NCBI GenBank assembly: GCA_963754945.1
Contig: CAVWIG010000046.1
Span: 1 to 49,523, forward strand
DNA: 49,523 nucleotides
Direction of reading: 5' to 3'
Origin: Methanotrichaceae archaeon
GTDB taxonomy: Archaea > Halobacteriota > Methanosarcinia > Methanotrichales > Methanotrichaceae
Shown here one piece after another: positions 10,014 through 19,730 of this stretch. The notes beneath the pieces were generated by a model. That model was not told where the DNA came from. It did not search any database and worked only from the letters and a program-made list of their open reading frames with translations. Numbering within the stretch: the first letter of the stretch is position 1; the number at the start of each line of letters is the position of its first letter. Both the position numbers and the translations under genes were made by a program.

Positions 10014-10040
10014 TGGGGTTTCAACATGGAAACCTGCAAA

Positions 10041-10538
10041 TCACGGCTTCCAAAGGTTCAGCCAATCTATCCTCTCGAAATCCCGGTCGTTCGTAGCCAT
10101 AATGCTTAATCCTTCCATCTTCATCGTTGCAGCATGAATCGCGTCGGTCGAAAGAAGTCTATACATATGAGAGAATTCCAAGGCCAGGTCGAAAACATCT
10201 CTTCTGACTCCTACTATCATGAGGTTCTGGATCTGCGAAATATTCTCAATGGCCTTCCTCGCCGAGCATAATTCTTTAATAACTTCAGGATTTTCTTTGA
10301 GATACCTTGTGGAGTATTTGGCTTCTATGTTATACTTCTCGAATAGTTCTGCAATCATGACTCTGTGGAATACTTCATTTAACACAAAGACGGAAGTAAC
10401 GCCCGAATACTTGCCGTAATTAACATCTTTTAGTAGTTCGGTGCAGGGTTGCGCAAACTTCCAGTGTTCCAGGATCTTGTAAAGAAAGATATTTGCATCA
10501 ATAAAGATTGTCACTCCTGGCCGGAGTGCATCTTGCAT
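10041..10538 (-). CDS. vapC: PIN-domain (VapC) toxin
   Basis: FIDANIF, VLNEV, DAIHAAT and TNDRDF acidic PIN motifs. Confidence 0.9.
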   Translation of the reverse strand: MQDALRPGVTIFIDANIFLYKILEHWKFAQPCTELLKDVNYGKYSGVTSVFVLNEVFHRVMIAELFEKYNIEAKYSTRYLKENPEVIKELCSARKAIENISQIQNLMIVGVRRDVFDLALEFSHMYRLLSTDAIHAATMKMEGLSIMATNDRDFERIDWLNLWKP

Positions 10539-10726
10539 CAGATCGGCTCCAGCTCAGGGCTTTCTATGATCTCATCGACAACGTCTCTTTGGGAGATTTT
10601 AACTAGGCCACCCAATCGATCTACAGCGTCCTTTTTGACTTCAATTTCGACCATATCTCCCTCCTTGAGGTCAAGCTTTTCTAATGGCCTTAAAACATCA
10701 TTTTCATAAACTGCTTTGACCAGCAT
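10538..10726 (-). CDS. DUF104/AF2212-like antitoxin
   Basis: KAVYENDVLRPLEKLDLKEGDMVEI signature; overlaps the PIN gene start. Confidence 0.85.
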   Translation of the reverse strand: MLVKAVYENDVLRPLEKLDLKEGDMVEIEVKKDAVDRLGGLVKISQRDVVDEIIESPELEPI

Positions 10727-10781
10727 GAGACCACCCTTTACAATTCAATTTCTAGGATTAAATACCTGCCTCTTTTGGCTT

Positions 10782-10970
10782 CGTAAGGCCTGCATGGAAA
10801 TCTTCTGGCTCAGGACGAGCCCCTTGGAGGACTCCGACAACCTCCCCGACCGGCGGTTCTGGCGCGGGCAGATGGCTATCCGCCGCGAGCTGACCAAATC
10901 AATAGATAGAATTTCTGCACGCCTGGATGCGACGCTGCACGGTTCTAGAGCATTTCAGGACAATACGGAG
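10782..10970 (+). pseudogene. hsdM: Remnant of the C-terminus of a type I R-M methyltransferase (HsdM)
   Basis: Reads RKACMEIFWLR/..LEDSDNLPD/.AVLAR...VLEHFRTI across frameshifts, resembling the HsdM tail RDKASLDIFWLRDESLEDSDNLPDPxVLA..AALEQF. Confidence 0.6.
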
Positions 10971-11023
10971 AGCGAGATCGGATAAGCAGACTGGACATGG
11001 TGAGCTATATTCCACATCCAACG

Positions 11024-11377
11024 TCAATCGATTTCCCGAATCAGCCCTTCAATCTGCGTCCTAAGAGTTGGGAGCTTGTTCTTCACAACATCCCAGACAA
11101 CTTCCCAGTCAACACTAAAATAATAATGAATTAGCTTGTCCCTCACTCCAGCGATCTTTCGCCATTCGATTTCAGGATGGTTATCCTTGAGATCTTTGGA
11201 AAGATTCTTTGTGGCCTCGCCGATCACTTCTAGACTTCTGATGAATGACCTATGAAGATGCGGATCGTTAATCACTTTATCGAGTTCCAAGCTCTGAGAA
11301 GTCGTAGTGAGATACTCAATCTCGTCGAGAATATGCATAAGAAAAGCCTTGTCCTTATTCAGCCCAGACCACCTCAT
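11024..11377 (-). CDS. HEPN/DUF86 (HepT-like) toxin
   Basis: LEVIGEATK, HPEIEW, RDKLIHYYF (RxxxxH-x-Y) and VVWDVV. Confidence 0.9.
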   Translation of the reverse strand: MRWSGLNKDKAFLMHILDEIEYLTTTSQSLELDKVINDPHLHRSFIRSLEVIGEATKNLSKDLKDNHPEIEWRKIAGVRDKLIHYYFSVDWEVVWDVVKNKLPTLRTQIEGLIREID

Positions 11378-11651
11378 TCTTTACGTAAGGGCCGATGTAA
11401 GGGCTCAAGGAGTTCGGCGTTACCAGATCCACTTTTCGCTGAAATAAATCTTCGAGGAAAAAGGCGAGATTCATGAAGTTATCAAATGTCGGCTTCTCGA
11501 ACTCCACCAGAATGTCAACGTCGCTTGTATCTTTCTGCTCGCCACGGGCAAAGGAGCCGAAGACACCGATCCTCTTTACGCAGAATCTTTTCCTTATCTC
11601 GGGTTCATGGCTCCTTAGGATTTCAATGACGTTCATTCTTTTAGCCTTCAA
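11355..11651 (-). CDS. Minimal nucleotidyltransferase (MNT) antitoxin
   Basis: FGSFARGEQKDTSDVDILVEF (GS-x10-DxD) and KVDLVT. Confidence 0.92.
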   Translation of the reverse strand: MKAKRMNVIEILRSHEPEIRKRFCVKRIGVFGSFARGEQKDTSDVDILVEFEKPTFDNFMNLAFFLEDLFQRKVDLVTPNSLSPYIGPYVKNEVVWAE

Positions 11652-11833
11652 ATTATTGATAAGCGATCTTGAATTAAAAAACTACCTATTGGGATTGCTG
11701 TTTCATCTCGGCTGATAGAATGAACAGTAGCTATAGCTTATTCGTAATACATGCCACCTGGACAGCTTGGCTCAGGCTGAAAGTCCGTAGTACAGCATTT
11801 GAACAGTTCTAAGCATCAGAAATAGCTGCAGAT

Positions 11834-12030
11834 GGCAAATAACGCCCAGGATGCCCGCTTCTTTGCTTCTGTGCCAGGCATTCCCTGCTCGGTAAGCTGC
11901 ACGATTAACTGAGCCCAGGCCCACATGCAGCGAGCCCACACGGGCGCGGACGGGCGGCCATCCGCTGCGAGCTGAGTGGAGAAGCCATGTCATTCAGAAG
12001 GAGCTGGGAGAATGAGACTAAAGATAAACT
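11834..12030. repeat. GC-rich dispersed repeat, copy B
   Basis: Aligns with copy A (9802-10013) in the same orientation. Confidence 0.75.
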
Positions 12031-12190
12031 CAAACTGAAGAAGCTTGCTGGCTTTTAGACAAAGATTTATTTTTAAGGAGCACCTCTTTAGATTAGCGAT
12101 ACCATCAATATCCTGAGATGTGAAATCCGCAGTCAGGTTCTACCCGTAGCCTTTTGGCTTTGGAGCCTTACGAGGAAGTGACAGAGATCT

Positions 12191-12499
12191 ATGACCGAAA
12201 GTCGAGTGATTATTCCACTAGCAGCGATCGAGGACTTCAGTCGTCGCTGGAAGATCACGGAGTTCTCCCTATTCGGCTCTGTCTTGAGGGAGGATTTCGG
12301 CCCAGGAAGCGACGTGGATGTCCTGGTGAGCTTCGAAGAGAACGCGACCTGGAGCCTGTTCGACCTGGTGGAGATGAAGGCCGAGCTGGGGGAAATCTTC
12401 GGCAGGGAAGTGGGTCTCGTGGAAAAGGAGTCTCTCCGTAATCCCTTCAGACGGCATGCCATCATGAGAGGAAGAGAAGTAATCTATGCAACCGGATGA
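12191..12499 (+). CDS. Minimal nucleotidyltransferase (MNT) antitoxin
   Basis: LFGSVLREDFGPGSDVDVLVSF and LRNPFRR. Confidence 0.92.
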   Translation: MTESRVIIPLAAIEDFSRRWKITEFSLFGSVLREDFGPGSDVDVLVSFEENATWSLFDLVEMKAELGEIFGREVGLVEKESLRNPFRRHAIMRGREVIYATG

Positions 12500-12586
12500 G
12501 CGCAACGTCGCATACCTCTGGGATATGCTAGATGCCCATTGGCCATAAAGGAATTCACAGCCGGGATGAACTATGATCAGTATATC

Positions 12587-14113
12587 GTACTTGCTCAATA
12601 TTACGTTGAATTCCCCAATCGAGTGAGTGCATGGACCAAAAATTATTAATACATATATCTAAAATATTTTGTTTGTGCCAGATATCATACACGAGGCCAT
12701 AATCAACCTCGATGTAGACAAGATCAACTTCGACGATAAAGAAGCGATGAAAGAATTGATCCTCCAGCTTCTAAGCACAATAGAGCAATTAGCCCAGTCA
12801 AATCAAGAACTCCGCAAAGACAATCAACAGCTAAAGGATGAAATAAACCGGCTGAAAGGTGAGAAAGGCCGTCCTAAAATACTGCCGGACAATCCTGAAT
12901 ACCAGGCTAATGTGCCGAAGGAAAAACCCAAAAAATGGCATAAAGATAGCAAGAAACCAAAGATAAAAATCGACAGGACAGAATACATTAAAATTGATAA
13001 ATCGATTCTTCCACATGATGCCAAGCATAACGGCTATAGACGGGTCATAAAGCAGAACATAAAATTTGAAACCGACAACGTGGAATATTGGTTGGAACGC
13101 TACTATTCGCCGTCCCTGAAAAAGACCTATGAAGCAGAACTTGCCGAGTCCCTTAAGAACACGGAATTTGGAAGTCATCTGAAAGCATTCATCGCTTACC
13201 TCTACTATGCTGGAAGGGTTACTGAGAATAGGATCCACAAGATCCTAGAAGAGATCGGCATAATAATCTCGGAAGGCGAGATCTCAAACATACTGACCAA
13301 GGAAAAGAGCAATGCATATGCGATAGAGAAGCAGGCCTTATTTGAAACTGGTGTGAATCGGGCTGATTATCTTAACATTGATGAGACAGGCGCGAGGCAT
13401 AAAGGCAATAACCATTATTTGCACGTTGTCTGCAACAAGTTCTTTAGTGCTTTCTTTATCAGGCAAACCAAAGGAAGTGATACAATCAGACATTTCTTTG
13501 GGCTAAATGATGAGGAGCAGATAGATTTACCATTATCTCGGATGATGCCGGGCAGTACATAGATGTATCGTCACACCATGCTCTGTGCTGGATACATGAA
13601 ATACGACACTACAAAAAGATGAATCCTTTTCTAATTCATCATAAGTCGGTTCTTAATATGTTTTTAACTGAGCTTTGGAAGTTCTATGAATTGCTTACAC
13701 AATATAAGGAGAATCCTAATAAAATTATGAGTAAGTATGTCCAGGAGAGGTTTGATTCGATATTCTCGACAGTAACTGGTTACGGGACGTTGGATGATCG
13801 CATTACAAAGACTAAGAAAAAGAAACAAGAGTTGTTGCTGGTGTTGGATTTTCCAAATGTTCCGCTTCATAACAATCTCGCAGAGATAGCTGTGCGAGAA
13901 GGTGTGATCAAGAGAAAAATCAGTTATGGAACAAGAAGTGAACTCGGCAAGCTTGCATGGGAAAACATGCTCTCTATAATCGATACTTGCAGGAAGCTCG
14001 GAATAAGCTTTTACAAATATCTTTATGATATATTCTCAGATAGTTATTCTATGCCAAAGTTATCCGATCTCATTCTCAGTGCTAGTAAAATCAACTGATT
14101 ATTGAGCAAGTAC
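12587..14113 (+). mobile_element. IS66-family insertion sequence (single-transposase form, 1527 bp)
   Basis: Perfect 14-bp TIR GTACTTGCTCAATA (12587-12600 and 14100-14113), extending imperfectly to about 26 bp. 8-bp TSD AGTATATC at 12579-12586 and 14114-14121. Confidence 0.92.
12669..14098 (+). pseudogene. IS66-family DDE transposase, split by a 1-nt frameshift near 13530
   Basis: N-terminal coiled coil, IDETG; shifted frame gives ISDDAGQ...LCWIHEIRHYKK, then PLHNNLAE and TCRKLG. Confidence 0.85.
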
Positions 14114-14470
14114 AGTATATCCATGACAAGCGGACCGGTATGGCAGTAGAGCGTGCAGTGGAGATAATTGGAGAAGCTGCCCGAAACATCACAGAAGATT
14201 TTAAACAAGTTCATCCAGAGATTCCCTGGGCAGGGATCATTGGCCAACGCAATGTTCTTGTGCACAAATATTTTGCCTTAAAGCATGAAAGAATTTGGAT
14301 AGTAGTAACCGAATACATTCCTGATCTGATCGACAAGCTAGAGCCCCTGATTCCACCAGTTCCGCCAGAGACAGAGGATTGAGTTGAGAAACCATTATTT
14401 CGATAGAATGCCCGTAGTTCTGGTTATTGTGCTGAAGGGCGCTAAGAGTGTCAAAGAGTAGCTGGGTAAG

Positions 14471-14522
14471 GGCAAATGATGCAGGCTGCCCGGCCTCGCT
14501 GCTTTTGTTTCGGGCTTCCTGC
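14471..14522. repeat. GC-rich dispersed repeat, partial copy C
   Basis: ggcaaatgatgcaggctgcccggcctcgctgcttttgtttcgggcttcctgc matches the 5' part of copies A and B. Confidence 0.6.
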
Positions 14523-14524
14523 CT

Positions 14525-15463
14525 TCATTGGCGTGAGAACACTTTTTTTCCTCTTTTGAACTCAACCCAGGAATTGAGATTATCTCCAACGCACTCGACA
14601 TGGACGCTCAACAGCTCACCCATCTCTGCCGAACGCCAGGTTATCTTCATCCTTCCATCCTGGCAATCCGTTTCGTAATATGGATATTCAAACACTCGCA
14701 TGTTATCCTGAACTTGTCCAAGCCAGTAGGTGCTTACTAAATCTTGGCATTTGGTTATCCTCTCCAGCCCGCCTTTTGGTATCACATAAGTCTTGGTTCG
14801 AGGATTGCTTTTTATGAGGACCCGTATTTCTTCATCAGTTTCAGTTCTTTTGGCGAACTTCCACTTGTATGGAGACAGTGTAGGAAGAGCAGCAAACCCC
14901 CGATTCCCTGGTTTCATGGTATTGTAAACCTTAAAGCCGCCTCTGGAAACAAAGTAAACCAGGTAGACCAGCCCAAGAACGACTGTTGCACCCTTTAAAT
15001 CGAAGGGAACCAGGTAATTTAGGCGAGCAGCATCCAGAAATATCACGCCTGGGAAAAATAACAGGATGGTGTAAGGGTTAATTGACATGTCCAGATTGAT
15101 CTTGGAGTACCCCTTTTCAAAAGGATAGAAAAGAGGCACCCCCCAGTTGGTGATGAAGTCACAGAATATGTGGGAGAAACCTCCAAGAAGCATCACTATG
15201 AGCAGCTTAGGGTCGGCGGCTATGCCGGTTAAAGCTCCATAGGCAGCGAACAAAGTCACAGAAGCAGCTACAACAAATATGGCGGTGTGGGTTATTCCGT
15301 GATGACGGGTGATGGGTATTCTTTTCCATAAAGGGTATAAGAAGATGTCAAAATCGGGAAGTGCGGCCATCAGAGTGCCCAGCACCACGTATTGGTTGGA
15401 AAAGGACCCTCCTAACCCCGAGGAGATGAGAAAACCGATCATGAGATGGGTGAAGAAATCCAT
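14525..15463 (-). CDS. Membrane-bound metal-dependent hydrolase (YdjM/DUF457)
   Basis: MDFFTH, LPDFD, HHGITH, SHIFCD and GVPLFYPF, with TM helices. Confidence 0.85.
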   Translation of the reverse strand: MDFFTHLMIGFLISSGLGGSFSNQYVVLGTLMAALPDFDIFLYPLWKRIPITRHHGITHTAIFVVAASVTLFAAYGALTGIAADPKLLIVMLLGGFSHIFCDFITNWGVPLFYPFEKGYSKINLDMSINPYTILLFFPGVIFLDAARLNYLVPFDLKGATVVLGLVYLVYFVSRGGFKVYNTMKPGNRGFAALPTLSPYKWKFAKRTETDEEIRVLIKSNPRTKTYVIPKGGLERITKCQDLVSTYWLGQVQDNMRVFEYPYYETDCQDGRMKITWRSAEMGELLSVHVECVGDNLNSWVEFKRGKKVFSRQ

Positions 15464-15526
15464 GTATACTATTCATAAGCTTTTGAAGTATTTTTAGATA
15501 ACCCTCGCCTTCCTCACCTTGAATGT

Positions 15527-16531
15527 ATGTGCCGAGGACGACAACCAAAGGAAATATCAACGGCCTCAACCAGTGATGCAGGCCTGAAGCTTCTGATCTT
15601 ACCTCTATATGCTGCCCTTTTGGTGGTTGCAATTACGGCAACGGGCCTGGGAGATATGGGATCTTTCAATACGGCTATTGCATCCTCTGAGAAGATTAAC
15701 AGCACTTTTCTCAAGGAGATCGTTTTAGGCTCAGAGATCCAGCCAACAACTTATTTGTTCACCCTGGAGATGAACCAGAAGATGGTGATTTCAAACAGCT
15801 CAGGTTCAAATGGAACGAAGGAGTCTCAGGAGATACTGACGAAGTCCATCGGAGCTGGAGCCCTCAATCTGACCGGGAAGGCCATGAAGATGGTCATGGC
15901 CTCCCTGGCTATGGCAGTGGGCCAGGAGGAGAACACCAGCGCTACGTCCATGGAAATGTACCTGTTGAACGATACCATGTACATGAAGATCGACGGAAAC
16001 TGGACCCAGACGAAGCTTATGGGGTTATCTCTTAAGGACATCTGGAAACAGTAGGACAAAGTGGAGCAACAGCGGGAGAGCCTCAACAGGTCCAACATCA
16101 CGCTCTTAGGGATGGAGAAGATAGACGGAACTGAGTGTTACAAGGTCAAGGTAACCCCAGACATGAAGTCATATACCACTGTTATGAAGGAGCAACTGGG
16201 AACCACGACGATCTTACCTTACTTAAACATCAGCGCACTGTTCAACAGCACCAGCATCTCCTACGTCTCCTGGATTTCTAAGGAAGGACACCTTCCCTTG
16301 AGGACCGAAATTACGACAAATATGACCCTGCGCCCAGAGATGCTGGGTCTGCCAGCCAAGAAAGCTGGTAATTTTGAGATGCGCATTGAGACATCATATG
16401 CAATGCAGTTCAGCGGTTTTGACAGGAGCATTAAGATAGCCCTGCCCGAGGATTCCAGGAAGGCAGTGACCATCCAGGCATTTGTTTCTGGCAACTCGAC
16501 CAAGAACTCTACTACCATTGTGCAACCCTAA
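15527..16531 (+). pseudogene. Secreted/surface protein (LolA/LppX-like beta fold suspected) interrupted by an in-frame TAG at 16052-16054; start uncertain
   Basis: ORFs 15527-16054 and 16061-16531 are in the same frame (...IWKQ*DKVEQQ...). Hydrophobic signal segment; MYLLNDTMYMKIDGNW and EKIDGTECYKV motifs; many N-x-S/T sequons. Confidence 0.7.
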
Positions 16532-16655
16532 ATAGCGAGATATCAACGAGCGAGATCGAAACGAGAAATTGAAGACTCAATAAGAGTCAAAAGCAACACA
16601 AGCCCAGAGATCGGAATGTATCGGATAGGGCGGAGAATGGAGAATCCATTTGCCT

Positions 16656-17309
<654 letters not shown>

Positions 17310-17425
17310 TCAACGGCCCAAGCATCCCATCTGTTCGTTTACACCGCTCTATGTTGTTATCTATTCGTTACGCTACGCTATTTGTAGGAAGTTATCTTAT
17401 ATCACCTCATTCATATAAACAAAGG

Positions 17426-18142
17426 ATGTTGCGGCAGAGGTTCGTTCTTGATACTACCGCCCTCACAGATTCCCAGGCATGGGAGAGCGAGGGCTGTTCA
17501 ACCATCTGCGAGGGAATGAGTGCCATACTGGATCGGGTCGCCCAGGCAAGGCTCCATCTTGGAATAAGCTGCTATGTTCCCTACCCTTCAGTCTACAACG
17601 AGATAAAGGACTTCGTTCGACATAACAACTGCGATGCTATGGTCTTGAGCAAAGTTGACACATGGCTCGTCAAGAAGACTCCTGATCGATACAAGGTCAA
17701 GGTGCCGTCCAAGATCTTCTACGAGTATGTTGACTTTATGCGAGGCAGGATCAATAAAGGCATGAACATCTCAGAGGAAGCCATCTGGGAATCTGTGGCC
17801 CGATGCATCGCTTTAAGCGAGAGCGGAGCGAGCCTTAAGGACATGAAGGAAGAGATCGAGAGGGAGACAGTTGGAGGCATAATTCGAAAGTTCAGAGAGA
17901 AGTACAGGGCATCACTGCGCTACGGAATTCTCGACAGCGCTCCAGACATCGATGTTCTGCTCCTGGCGAAAGACCTGGATGCGGCAGTTGTATCTCAGGA
18001 TCTAGGAATACAGCGGTGGTCAGAGCAGCTTGGTCTCCGGTTCATGGAGTCTCGTTCCTTCCCTGTAATGATAAGAGAGTATATGGGTGCCATAGACCTC
18101 AGAGTAGAACTGGAGGAGGAAAAAGAGGATAGGATGATCTGA
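17426..18142 (+). CDS. RNA-free ribonuclease P (HARP; MJ0950/PIN_5 family)
   Basis: RQRFVLDTT, KTPDRY, RINKG and LRYGILDSAPDIDVLLLAK..AAVVSQDLGI. Confidence 0.85.
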   Translation: MLRQRFVLDTTALTDSQAWESEGCSTICEGMSAILDRVAQARLHLGISCYVPYPSVYNEIKDFVRHNNCDAMVLSKVDTWLVKKTPDRYKVKVPSKIFYEYVDFMRGRINKGMNISEEAIWESVARCIALSESGASLKDMKEEIERETVGGIIRKFREKYRASLRYGILDSAPDIDVLLLAKDLDAAVVSQDLGIQRWSEQLGLRFMESRSFPVMIREYMGAIDLRVELEEEKEDRMI

Positions 18143-18233
18143 AAACTAATGTTCGGCTGGGTCGATCTCTCGGTCGGGCCGAAGATGATATGAGGCAAAA
18201 TTTCATATCGGGCCCCGATCATTGAGTTATTGA

Positions 18234-19151
18234 ATGCTCAACGTGGTATTTCTTGGAACCGCCGGCTCGCTGCCTACACCAGAGAGAAACCCATCCGCTG
18301 TCCTCGTCAACAGGGAGGGAGAGCTGATCCTGTTCGACTGCGGAGAAGGTACCCAGCGTCAGATGATGCGTGCAAGGACAGGGATGATGAGGCTGAACTA
18401 CATCTTCCTGACACACCACCATGCAGACCATATATTGGGCATCCCGGGGTTGCTTGAGACAATGGCCTTTCAGGGAAGGAAAACCCCTCTCACAATAGCA
18501 GGTCCTGTCCGAACTATCGACCTTCTGGAGAAGTTCAACTCAATCGGGTGTTTCTTCAGGAACTTCGAGGTAAAGGGGATGGAGCTGGATCCAGGCGACA
18601 TTGTTGAGATGAGCGGCTACAGCGTTGAGGCCATCCAAACCAATCACAGTGTTCCGAGCCTTGGTTACTGTCTGCGTGAGGATAAGCGGCTAGGCAGATT
18701 CAACCGCGAGGAAGCCATTGCGCTTGGCGTACCATCAGGGCCGCTCTTCGGGAAGCTTCAGCACGGTCAGTCGGTCGAGGTCGACGGCAGATTGATCAGT
18801 CCTGACTTGGTCATGGGCCCTCCTAGGCCTGGGAGAAAGGTTGTTTACTCCGGCGACACTAGGCCTTGTCAGTCTATTGAAACGGCAAGCCAAGGTGCAG
18901 ATCTCCTCATACACGATAGTGCCCTGGCTGAAGATATGGCGGATTGGGCCCAGGAGACTAGACACACAACTGCGGGTGAGGCGGCAAAGCTCGCCAAACG
19001 CGCCGGAGTGAGGCAGCTAGTATTAACTCACATCAGCTCCAGGTACTCGGATGACGTTTCGCCATTAATTGATGAATCAAAGCGCTTCTTTGAGAACACG
19101 ATTGTTGCCGAAGACCTGATGAGCATCGAGATCAGGCTGAAGGATGAATAA
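18234..19151 (+). CDS. rnz: Ribonuclease Z
   Basis: FLGTAGSLPT..RN, DCGEGTQRQ, THHHADH, GP-rich exosite arm, SGDTRP and LTHISSRY. Confidence 0.95.
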   Translation: MLNVVFLGTAGSLPTPERNPSAVLVNREGELILFDCGEGTQRQMMRARTGMMRLNYIFLTHHHADHILGIPGLLETMAFQGRKTPLTIAGPVRTIDLLEKFNSIGCFFRNFEVKGMELDPGDIVEMSGYSVEAIQTNHSVPSLGYCLREDKRLGRFNREEAIALGVPSGPLFGKLQHGQSVEVDGRLISPDLVMGPPRPGRKVVYSGDTRPCQSIETASQGADLLIHDSALAEDMADWAQETRHTTAGEAAKLAKRAGVRQLVLTHISSRYSDDVSPLIDESKRFFENTIVAEDLMSIEIRLKDE

Positions 19152-19168
19152 GGTTAGCGATGATTAGT

Positions 19169-19723
19169 TTAGCTATCAATCTCATCCCGATTAGCCATTC
19201 TTTTCCTCTCGGCCTTCATTGCCGCCATTAAATCCTTGGACAGCTCGCCCTCTCTTCCCAGGAGCGATATCTCCAGAGACTCCATTGCGTCATCGATCAC
19301 TGCTCTTGCGGTTCCCAGGTTCATGGATCTGCTTTCCACTTCCATCCCTCTCCTGAAAAGGGCATCAATTTCATCTGGAGGCAGCTTCAGGGCAGTGGCG
19401 GCAGACAATGCTCGACCGTACATCTCCATGTCAATGTAATAACTCAGGCCATCTTTGTACAGTCGTAGGGACTCTTCCATCAGGCCTGCATTCTTAGCGA
19501 TGAGTGCAGCCCAGAGATAGTCCCCGGCATCAACAAGGATACCGATTGCTCTCTTGATCATCCCTTTGTCTCTGGCAAGGACAACTGCATGCTCAATCTC
19601 ATTGGCCTGGAGTAGGACTTCCACACCTTCCTCAGCCAGCTCATCGGGCACAACCCGTAGGTTTTCTATCAAGTAAGAGACCTTTTCATCGAATCTCAAA
19701 CTCAGGAAATCGTCTCTCAACAT
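19169..19723 (-). CDS. Conserved hypothetical helical (TPR-like) protein
   Basis: 184-aa ORF directly downstream of surE on the same strand. Confidence 0.7.
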   Translation of the reverse strand: MLRDDFLSLRFDEKVSYLIENLRVVPDELAEEGVEVLLQANEIEHAVVLARDKGMIKRAIGILVDAGDYLWAALIAKNAGLMEESLRLYKDGLSYYIDMEMYGRALSAATALKLPPDEIDALFRRGMEVESRSMNLGTARAVIDDAMESLEISLLGREGELSKDLMAAMKAERKRMANRDEIDS

Positions 19724-19730
19724 AATGCGC

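Larger units (their letters stand above)
12486..14382 (+). pseudogene. HEPN/DUF86 toxin disrupted by an IS66-family insertion and a 1-nt frameshift near 12536
   Basis: Removing the IS and one TSD rejoins MQPDERNVAYLWDMLDA/LAIKEFTAGMNYDQYI|HDKRTGMAVERAVEIIGEAAR...QRNVLVHKYF. Confidence 0.9.

Noticed and set aside
9802-14522. Repeats as a CRISPR array or SRP RNA
   Set aside because: Units are too long, too divergent and kilobases apart; no cas genes; the SRP helix-8 motif is not matched.
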